DNA from: an uncultured Methylomirabilota bacterium
Lineage (GTDB): Bacteria; Methylomirabilota; Methylomirabilia; Methylomirabilales; 2-02-FULL-66-22
Reading direction: 5' to 3'
DNA length: 32,000 bases
Assembly (NCBI GenBank): GCA_963842855.1
Contig: CAWJHW010000003.1
Span: forward strand, 890,811 to 922,810
This document shows positions 25,870 through 32,000 of the stretch, piece after piece (positions within the stretch are counted from its first letter, which is position 1; every line of letters begins with the position of its first letter). The translations under genes were made by a program, and so were the position numbers. The notes below the pieces were generated by a model. That model did no database searches. It was given only the letters and a program-made list of their open reading frames with translations, and was not told the origin of the DNA.

Positions 25870-27044
25870 ACGAGACAGGGAACCGGGAGGCACAGAGAAA
25901 CTCTGCCCCCCCTGCGGCGGGCGACATCGGGCGGTGTGCTTGGTGGATCAGCTTCCTGGTCCTAGCCCTGGCGGGTACCCTCTTGCTCCCCGGCGTCCGG
26001 ACGACCTGGCACACCGTGTACGGTGCCCGCTGGGCGTACATCCTCGTGGTCTCGTGCCTCATCTCGTTTGGCCTCACGCCCATCGTGATCCGCTTCGCAC
26101 GCTTCCTGGAGGTCCTTGACCTCCCGGCAACGCGCAAGCTGCACGCAGAGCCCACACCTCTCCTGGGGGGGCTGGCAATCTACACGGCCTTCGGGGTGTC
26201 CATCCTGGCCAACTCGATCCTGGATAATCAGGTCGTGGCCATCATGGTGGGGGCCAGTCTCCTCGTCGTCGTCGGAATCCTGGATGACGTGCGGAGCGTG
26301 CCCGCTGGGGTCAAGCTCCTGGCACAACTCATCGCAGTGGCCGTCGTGATCAACTCCGGCGTGGTCCTGACCCTCTTCCCGCGATCGGCGGTTGGCAGTG
26401 TGGCAAACGCAGGCCTGACGCTCATCTGGCTTCTGGGAATCACCAACGCCATGAACTTCTTTGACGGGATGGACGGCCTGGCCACCGGCCTCAGCATTAT
26501 CACGGCGGGCTTCCTGGGGGTTTTCGCGGCGCTGACCTTTCAGCCATTCATGGGCTGGTTGGCAGCCGCCATCGTGGGAGGCTGTCTGGGATTCCTGCCC
26601 TTCAATCTCCGTCCCAAGCGGCCGGCGGCGATCTTTCTGGGGGACGCGGGCAGCATGTTCTTGGGCTTCGTCCTGGCCGCCCTGGCGGTCAAGGGAGAAT
26701 GGGCCGAGGACAATATCATTGACGTCGCCGCCCCGGTGCTCATCTTCTGGATATTCATCTTCGACATGACGCACATCACGGTGGCCAGGATCGCCACGGG
26801 CAAGGTGCGGTCATTCCGGGAGTGGATCGCGTACGTCGGGAAGGATCATTTGCACCACCGGCTGGAAGCGCTTCTGGGCAGCCGGCGGAAGACCGTAATC
26901 CTGATATTCTCCCTCTCCGTCTCCATGGGCCTGGCAGCCATGGCCCTCCGGAACGCTCGCCCCCTGGAGGCCGTCCTCCTGATCCTCCAGGCCGCCATCA
27001 TCGTCGTGATCGTCTCCATCTTGGAGTACGCCGGGAACCGATGA
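25866..27044 (+). CDS. polyprenyl-phosphate N-acetylhexosamine-1-phosphate transferase (WecA/MraY, Glycos_transf_4 family)
   Basis: Polytopic. VVGILDDV (DD), GITNAMNFFDGMDGLATG (NxxNxxDGxDGL), IFLGDAGSMFLGF. ATGA overlap with the DegT stop. Confidence 0.85.
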   Translation: MNETGNREAQRNSAPPAAGDIGRCAWWISFLVLALAGTLLLPGVRTTWHTVYGARWAYILVVSCLISFGLTPIVIRFARFLEVLDLPATRKLHAEPTPLLGGLAIYTAFGVSILANSILDNQVVAIMVGASLLVVVGILDDVRSVPAGVKLLAQLIAVAVVINSGVVLTLFPRSAVGSVANAGLTLIWLLGITNAMNFFDGMDGLATGLSIITAGFLGVFAALTFQPFMGWLAAAIVGGCLGFLPFNLRPKRPAAIFLGDAGSMFLGFVLAALAVKGEWAEDNIIDVAAPVLIFWIFIFDMTHITVARIATGKVRSFREWIAYVGKDHLHHRLEALLGSRRKTVILIFSLSVSMGLAAMALRNARPLEAVLLILQAAIIVVIVSILEYAGNR

Positions 27045-27209
27045 GTTCGCCTTGCGGGAGTCTGACGTCCGATGAACCCTTGACGGGCGGTCCTGGCGGG
27101 ATGCCGTTCGGATCAATCAATTGGTCAAAGGGTCGATTCGCCAACTGATTTTCACGCGCCGGACCAATCGCGCACTTGACTATTCGACCGGTCGACGCTC
27201 TTCGAGAAA

Positions 27210-28282
27210 TCAGGCCTCGGGAAGGTCAGGATAGGATTCTCGGTAGGCTTGCAGCAGGGTCTTAACCCAGCGGGCGGGATCGCGGAAGGCCCGCTCCCTG
27301 GCAGCCCCGATCGCCGTACGCCAGTCCTGCTCCCCCTTCAGGTACTCCTGGATGTCCTCCTGGTGCACCGTCAGATACCCTTCCAGCCCGTCCCATTGCG
27401 CCCGGATCTCCTCCCGCTTGGCGATGTAGGCCGCGCGGTATTCCTCGAACATCCGCCGGAGGAGCACCCGCCCCTGGGCCGGATCGGAAGGGCGCAGCTT
27501 CTGCCACAGGGAGAGGAAGATCGGCTCCACGAACCCGAAGCGGTACCCGCCGATATCGTGAAACAGCTCGTAGTCGTGAATGGAGACGACCTCACCGGCC
27601 TTGGTCAGGATTTGATGGGGATCGCGCAGGATCGTCCCCAGGACATCCCCCAGCGCGTCATGGCGGGCCACGCCCCGGATGGCCAGCGGCCAGACGCGGG
27701 CCAGCTCCCGTCGGGGCAGCTCTTCGGCGTCGAGACGCGTCCCGTGCAGGGGAACCTCCAAGAGGACCTGGCCACCGCCGGCAGCCTGTGGATGTACGTG
27801 GTGGCCGTCCGGAGGTGAAACAGCCGCGCGGCACCGGCGTACAGCGCCTCGGCCGCGGGCGCGAAGTGGGACACCTCGAACTGGCAGGTGCGCCCCTCGG
27901 CGGTCCGCACGGTGACGGCCGCCTCGGCGTGGACCTTGGAGAGGGCCGCGAGGTCCACGACCTCGAACGCGTGCGTGGACAGGCCCGCGGCATCCAAGAG
28001 GGCCAGGATCGGCCCCCGGAGGCCATTCGCTTCGATCTTCATAGCGAAGAGTCGCGCACGCCCCGTGGCCGGCAGGCCGTTGAACGCCTCCAGGGCCCAC
28101 TTGAAGTGAAAGTCGGCGGCCTCCAGGGGCCGGGCCCGGGCGTTGCCCGGATCCAGGAGGCGGTCAATGGCCCCCTCCCACTGGCTGGTCCACACCTCCT
28201 CGATGAAGCGCGAAGGGTGTGGCACCCCCAGGGCCCGGAGGACCTCCTCGCGCCGTTCGCGGGTGCCGCCCTCTTTGGGCAG
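27210..28282 (-). pseudogene. unknown protein, reading frame broken by a -1 frameshift near 27785
   Basis: Protein-like sequence in frame X (28282 down to ~27790: ..FIEEVWTSQWEGAIDRLLDPG..MKIEANGLRGPILALLDAAGL..FEVSHFAPAAEALYAGAARLFHL). It continues in frame Y (~27780 to 27210: VLLEVPLHGTRLDAEELPRRELARVWPLAIRG..VSIHDYELFHDIGGYRFGFVEPIFLSLWQKL..WVKTLLQAYRESYPDLPEA*). The other parts of both track ORFs are R/G/P/W-rich junk. No family recognised. Confidence 0.45.
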
Positions 28283-28576
28283 CGACAGGACGTACTCGGT
28301 TGGACCGAGGGGCACGCCGTCCCAGCGGCGCTCGTAGAGATCCAGGACCCGCCCTGCCTTGGTGGCGAAGGCGGGGTCGCGGGGGAAGCGCCAGCTCCGG
28401 ACCCGCCAGGGCCGGAGCGCGTCGGCGGCGAGCCAGCGCCAGATCGTCGTCCCGCTGCTCTCCGCCACGAGGCCCTGGGCGAGGACGGCCCGCGGGAGGT
28501 CGGTCCGTGACCACGGCGCCAGCGGCACGCCGCACCGGGCCGACAACTCACACGCCAGGGCCTTGACGGCGACCAT
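28283..28576 (-). pseudogene. internal fragment of an IS630-family transposase (DNA-binding region only)
   Basis: VKALACELSARCGVPLAPWSRTDLPRAVLAQGLVAESSGTTIWRWLAADALRPWRVRSWRFPRDPAFATKAGRVLDLYERRWDGVPLGPTEYVLS matches the stretch just upstream of the DEK catalytic block of IS630 transposases. The DDE core and both IS ends are absent. Confidence 0.6.
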
Positions 28577-28860
28577 GCCGCTGGGGGGACACGCGGGGCG
28601 GCCGGCCGCCGCGGCGCTAGGCCCCCCATCCGACCCCTTGCAACAGGAGCATCAGCAGGAACGCCACCGAGATCTTCCTTCCGGCCACGTCCTCTCGATC
28701 TGCCGTTCCTCCCCCACGACACTCCCGCTGATCGTGCCAGCGACTCCCCGCATCGAGACTTGGTCCCCAGCCGCCTGCCCCCGTTCCCTGTCGATCCCCT
28801 TGACTTTCCCCGCGCCAATGGTAGCGTTGCCGTCGCACGACAGCCGCGGGGCGAATCCAA

Positions 28861-29667
28861 ATGCTTGAACACACCTTTGTCCATATTCCAGGGATCGGAA
28901 AGACGACCGAGCAGGGCCTCTGGCAGCAAGGGGTCCGCACCTGGGCTGATGCGGACGGTCTGGAGCCGGCCTCTCGGACGGTGCGGCCCCGGGTGCTGGC
29001 GCAGCTCAGAAGTTATCTCCCCGAGTCTCATCGCGCCCTCCGGGAGAAGAACGCCGGCTTCTTCTCGCGGCTCTGCGGCCTCGGCGAGGCGTGGCGCACC
29101 TTCAGCCGGTTTGCCCAGGACTGCGTCTATCTCGACATCGAGACCACGGGGCTCTCGCCCGGCTATGATGAGATCACCCTGGTGGGGGTCTACGACGGTG
29201 AGGCCTACAAGGTCTTCATCGCCGGCGCCGATCTCGCCGCCCTCCCCGAGTACCTCCGGCGGTTCCGCCTCCTCAGCACCTTCAACGGGGCCGGCTTCGA
29301 CCTCCGGTTCCTCCGGGCCAGGTTTCCTCGTCTCGCGCTCCCCCCGATCCACATCGATCTCCGGCGCATGACGAAGAAGCTGGGGTTGGCGGGCGGGCTG
29401 AAAGCCATCGAGGCGTCGCTCGGCCTCCAGCGGGATCTCGCCGTGCGCGACCTGTCCGGGTTTGACGCCGTCCTCCTGTGGCGGAGATACCTCCGGGGAG
29501 ACCGGCAGGCCCTCGACCTGCTGGTGCAGTACAACCGCGCGGACGTCGTCCACCTGAGGACGATCATGGAGATCTGCTACGACCGGCTCGCCACTGAGAC
29601 GCGGACGCTCTTCCGCGCACCCCGCTCGCGTACTGATGTCCTGGCAAACGAGGGGGTGGGGTGCTGA
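28861..29667 (+). CDS. RNase H-like (YprB / COG3359-type) predicted exonuclease with N-terminal HhH-like motif
   Basis: HIPGIGKTTEQGLWQQGV (HhH-like), CVYLDIETTGLSPGYDEITLVG (DEDD-type exo motif I D-x-E), STFNGAGFDLRFL (exo II), YNRADVVHL (exo III-like). Confidence 0.7.
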   Translation: MLEHTFVHIPGIGKTTEQGLWQQGVRTWADADGLEPASRTVRPRVLAQLRSYLPESHRALREKNAGFFSRLCGLGEAWRTFSRFAQDCVYLDIETTGLSPGYDEITLVGVYDGEAYKVFIAGADLAALPEYLRRFRLLSTFNGAGFDLRFLRARFPRLALPPIHIDLRRMTKKLGLAGGLKAIEASLGLQRDLAVRDLSGFDAVLLWRRYLRGDRQALDLLVQYNRADVVHLRTIMEICYDRLATETRTLFRAPRSRTDVLANEGVGC

Positions 29668-29778
29668 AGCAAACGGAGGCAGAATTCACCGTCCGCAACA
29701 CGCTGAGCACGCCTGACCGTCATTGCACCGCTGGGCTGGCCCGGCGTCGGAGCAGGGCCTGTCCCGGTCGATCAGCCT

Positions 29779-29812
29779 GGATGTCACAGAATCCAAGGAT
29801 TCTGTGACATCC
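29779..29812. repeat. perfect 16-bp inverted repeat with 2-nt spacer
   Basis: GGATGTCACAGAATCC AA GGATTCTGTGACATCC read directly. It ends 14 nt before the TA (29827-29828) at which IS copy B is inserted. No U-tract on either strand. Confidence 0.9.
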
Positions 29813-29828
29813 TCGAAAAAGCCAGCTA

Positions 29829-30962
29829 TATAGGACGTCATAAGTAATACAGCATAATTCTGTTGAATTCTCGTCGTCCCTCGCGTATTTTAGGCTTGAG
29901 GAGGGACACGAGATGAGACGTTTGGAGATCACCGATCGCGAGATGATGCAAATCGCCTTGCAGAACGAAATCCTCCGGTCCGAAGAGGCACGGTATGATC
30001 ACCGGCTCCACGGAGTGTTGCTCGTCTCTCACGGCATGTCCTGTTATGAAGTCGGCGGGGTGTTCGGACATGATCCGACCACCATTCAGCGATGGGTCCG
30101 GAGTTTCGAGACGAGAGGGTTCAGCGGCTTGCAGGACCAGGAGCGACCGGGGCGTCCGCAGCGGCTGACGCCCGAGCAGTTGCCGCGCGTGAATCGGGCT
30201 CTTCGGACCTCGCCGCGCGCGTTCGGATACGCCCAGAACCTCTGGGATGGGAAGCTGTTGTCGCACCACCTCGCCCAGGCCGAGCAGGTGGTGTTGGGCG
30301 TGCGCCAGTGTCAACGGTTGTTTCATCACCTGGAGTTCCGGCTGCGAAAACCGCGGCCGGTCATTGCCCGGGCGAATCCGGAGGCGCAGCAGGCTTTTAA
30401 AAAAACGCCGCCGGCTGGCCCGAAGAGACGACGTGGATCTGTGGAGTCTGGATGAATGCCACTTCCAGCAGCATGGATCCCGAGCCACCATGTGGGTGCC
30501 CCCAGAGGATAAGGATCCCATTCTCCTGCTGGCGCCGACCCGCAAGTCGGCGGCCTTATTCGGTGCGGTCAACGTCAGCACGGGGAAACTGGTGACTCAA
30601 TTTGACCCGAAGTTCAATGCCGTGACGTTTCAAGGCTTCCTTGGCCGGCTGCTCCGACACCGACGTAGGGCACGGGAGATGGTGATCCTCCTCGACAATG
30701 CGAAGTACCACCACGCGGTCGTGCTCCAACCGTTCCTCCGGCACCACCGCCACGAGCTGGCCTTGGAGTTTCTCCCGGCCTATAGTCCCGAATTGAACCC
30801 GATCGAGCGGGTCTGGAAGCTGACCCGAAGGCTCTGCACGCACAATACCTATTTTGAAAGGCTTGAAGCTCTAGTCGATGCGGTGGCCAAACAGCATATG
30901 ATCTGGAATGCTCCCAATGATACATTGCGGAAATTGTGCTGTATTATTTAAGACGCCGTGTA
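29829..30962 (+). mobile_element. IS630-family element, two-ORF type (copy B), apparently functional
   Basis: IRs TATAGGACGTCATAAGTAATACAGCATAATT (left) versus reverse complement TACACGGCGTCTTAAATAATACAGCACAATT (right). TA at 29827-29828 and 30963-30964. Same end consensus as copy A (..CGTC.TAA.TAAT.C.GC). Confidence 0.8.
29913..30951 (+). CDS. IS630-family transposase of copy B, ORF1 (29913..~30405) joined to ORF2 (+1 frame, to 30951) at an A7 run
   Basis: RBS GAGGAGGG. ORF1 MRRLEITDREMMQIALQNEILRSEEARYDHRLHG..FRLRKPRPVIARANPEAQQAFKKT. A7 at 30399-30405. ORF2 ..KKRRRLARRDDVDLWSLDECHFQQHG..ILLDNAKYHH..FLPAYSPELNPIERVW. Stop inside the right IR. Confidence 0.8.
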
Positions 30963-31287
30963 TAACCGCGTGCGCTGGTCCGTGAACAACCCGCCAACGA
31001 GATCCCCGAGTGCATCCCACCGCTCGACTGAAGGAGAGGACCGAAACATGTCCAACCTGCAACCTTGACCCGAGAGGTTGCTACCAGCACCCGGCGGGCT
31101 GCTGCCCAAATGAACCGCTCAGCCGTCGATTTCGCACGTGCCCTCCCTCCGCCCGGTGTACCCAGCCAGCGATAAACATATCTTGCGGGCCATCGATATG
31201 CCGGCAGAAACGTGCCCGAAAACGTGCCCGCGAGTAGGTGTAGAGCCCCCCAAAATACCCCCCGGGAGCCGATCTGCAAAAGAGAAA

Positions 31288-31327
31288 CCCCTCGGTAAGT
31301 GCTCAACTTACCGGGGGGTTCTTTGTT
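31288..31327. terminator. bidirectional intrinsic terminator-like hairpin
   Basis: CCCCTCGGTAAG-tgctcaa-CTTACCGGGGGG (12 bp, one G.U). Followed by TTCTTTGTT on + and, on the reverse strand, by TTTCTCTTTTG. Confidence 0.6.
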
Positions 31328-31337
31328 GGTCCGCAGC

Positions 31338-31378
31338 CCTTCAAGCCGATAACGCGGGTTCGAATCCCGCTGGGGACA
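31338..31378 (+). other. tRNA 3' fragment (anticodon-loop-like to discriminator), probable integrase att site
   Basis: Canonical T arm GCGGG-TTCGAAT-CCCGC (31354-31370), 7-nt acceptor 3' strand TGGGGAC plus discriminator A. Preceded by TAAC variable region and GCCGA. No matching 5' acceptor strand (GTCCCCA) or D arm within 100 nt upstream. Confidence 0.5.
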
Positions 31379-31410
31379 CCCGCCTTGATTTCAGATAGTT
31401 ACAACATCGG

Positions 31411-31440
31411 GTTCGAGGAACATCCGTTTGTTCCTCGAAC
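31411..31440. repeat. perfect 12-bp stem hairpin between the integrase stop and the tRNA fragment
   Basis: GTTCGAGGAACA-tccgtt-TGTTCCTCGAAC. Begins 19 nt downstream of the integrase stop on the - strand. Only a weak U-tract follows. Confidence 0.7.
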
Positions 31441-31458
31441 CACGTTCGCCCGCCGTCG

Positions 31459-32000
31459 TTACTCTCCCAACATTTTCACCGCCCGCTCTTCGTAAAACGT
31501 GACGGCCTGCTTGAGTTGCGGTGGCCGGATCATGGTGTAGATCTGCGTGGTGTCGATCCGGGCGTGGCCCAGGAGGGCGCGCACCTCTTCGAGGTTGTTC
31601 CGCTGCGCCAGGACTTCCATCGCGACGCCGTGCCGCAGGTCGTGGGGCTTCATCCCGGGATAGCCGATCCTGGCCCCGTACACCTTACACAGGCGCCAGA
31701 TGTTCTTCCCCGTCATCGGTTGCCGGATCTTCCCCACGGCCTTCCGCCCCCAGGATGACCAGAACAGCGGAGTCTCGACGGTGACGGTCCCACACTCCAC
31801 CGTGAGCACGCGCTCGACGTACAGGTAAAGGAACCGCATCACCACCGCCGGCACCGGGATGTCCCGGACCTTCTGGCCTTTGTTGAGGACCCCCCGCAGT
31901 CCCCACTCGCCGTCGAGGTGCCCGACGCGCAGGGTGGCCACCGCCTCCCGCCGCATGCCCGTGTACCGCAGGAGGAGGAAGATCGCCACATCCCGGGGGC
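31459..32000 (-). CDS. tyrosine recombinase / phage-type integrase, C-terminal catalytic domain (5' end beyond window)
   Basis: ..PRDVAIFLLLRYTGMRREAVATL (box I Arg), HDLRHGVAMEVL (HxxR), LLGHARIDTTQIY (catalytic Tyr). The frame is open to the window edge, and the track start at 31989 is a GTG inside the domain. Confidence 0.85.
   Translation of the reverse strand, partial: PRDVAIFLLLRYTGMRREAVATLRVGHLDGEWGLRGVLNKGQKVRDIPVPAVVMRFLYLYVERVLTVECGTVTVETPLFWSSWGRKAVGKIRQPMTGKNIWRLCKVYGARIGYPGMKPHDLRHGVAMEVLAQRNNLEEVRALLGHARIDTTQIYTMIRPPQLKQAVTFYEERAVKMLGE

Noticed and set aside
27184-27195. 12-bp perfect palindrome TCGACCGGTCGA in the convergent gap after the WecA-type gene
   Set aside because: It is short, GC-rich and loopless. 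It is neither a terminator nor a repeat elsewhere in the window, and is plausibly chance.
28283-28300. LPKEGGT at the junction read as a sulfotransferase PKxGTT PAPS-binding loop, with LRDP further on as the 3'-PB motif
   Set aside because: The spacing between the two motifs is far larger than in known sulfotransferases, and the residues around both motifs do not fit. The product is left as unknown.
28800-28827. Sigma70-like promoter TTGACT-16 nt-TAGCGT upstream of the exonuclease gene
   Set aside because: The -10 element is poor and the host sigma-factor consensus is unknown. It cannot be supported from sequence alone.
243-29553. Many long reverse-strand ORFs: 243..1142, 3870..4745, 5717..6358, 6355..7149, 7367..8416, 14656..15528, 17333..18526, 19318..20343, 20000..21145, 21200..22087, 24823..25734, 25962..26774, 28039..29553
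   Set aside because: They lie antisense to ORFs with clear family motifs. Their products are R/P/G/A/H-rich low-complexity strings with no motifs. Stop-poor antisense frames are expected at this GC content.
23694-30962. Classical composite transposon formed by IS copies A and B
   Set aside because: The two copies are clearly different sequences with many substitutions. Each has its own TA duplication, and no common target duplication flanks the whole 7.3-kb unit. They are better explained as independent insertions.
31031-31068. Strong SD (AAGGAGAGG) plus ATG 31048 opening a 6-codon ORF (MSNLQP*)
   Set aside because: It is too short to call. It has no downstream gene to regulate on this strand and lies in apparently decayed intergenic DNA.
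31207-31230. Tandem 12-mer GAAACGTGCCCG AAAACGTGCCCG
   Set aside because: There are only two copies, which is too short to tell from chance. They could be integrase arm-type sites, but nothing else supports this.
31306-31378. A complete tRNA gene, or an armless tRNA starting at GTTCTTT 31318
   Set aside because: There is no GTCCCCA 5' strand. The only possible acceptor pairing needs three G.U pairs and a mismatch, and it leaves 29 nt for the D arm plus anticodon arm. This is a fragment, not a gene. The acceptor stem has no G3:U70 pair, so tmRNA is also unlikely.

Overview
GC-rich bacterial window. From about 0.25 to 27 kb, almost every real gene lies on the + strand. They form one tightly packed, often start/stop-overlapping glycan biosynthesis locus (EPS, O-antigen or S-layer-glycan type). 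It contains five GT4 and three GT2 glycosyltransferases, two tandem GT87/DUF2029 (GT-C type) membrane glycosyltransferases, and four SAM methyltransferases, one of them fused to a GT4 and one FkbM-type gene disrupted by an IS. It also contains two DegT-type aminotransferases, an AsnB-type amidotransferase, WbqC, a PIG-L deacetylase, a signal-peptide-bearing PHP-domain protein and a WecA/MraY-type initiating phosphotransferase. IS630-family elements are eroding the locus. One intact single-ORF copy splits the FkbM gene. Two diverged two-ORF copies in inverted orientation bracket 24.8-29.8 kb, and an internal transposase fragment sits at 28.3-28.6 kb. There are also two decayed 5' remnants of a GT4 gene and a four-helix-bundle gene with an in-frame amber codon. 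The right end (27.2-32 kb) is unrelated to glycan synthesis. It holds a frameshifted unknown ORF fused in frame to the transposase fragment, an RNase H-like exonuclease, a 34-bp perfect palindrome, and a tRNA 3' fragment flanked by two strong hairpins next to a truncated tyrosine integrase. I see no rRNA, no complete tRNA, no CRISPR array, and no gene set I can call a defence system. The most unusual content is the glycan locus architecture, the conserved A7 frameshift site in the IS630 pair, and the chimeric ORF at 27.2-28.6 kb. All family calls rest on motifs read by eye and need HMM or BLAST confirmation.
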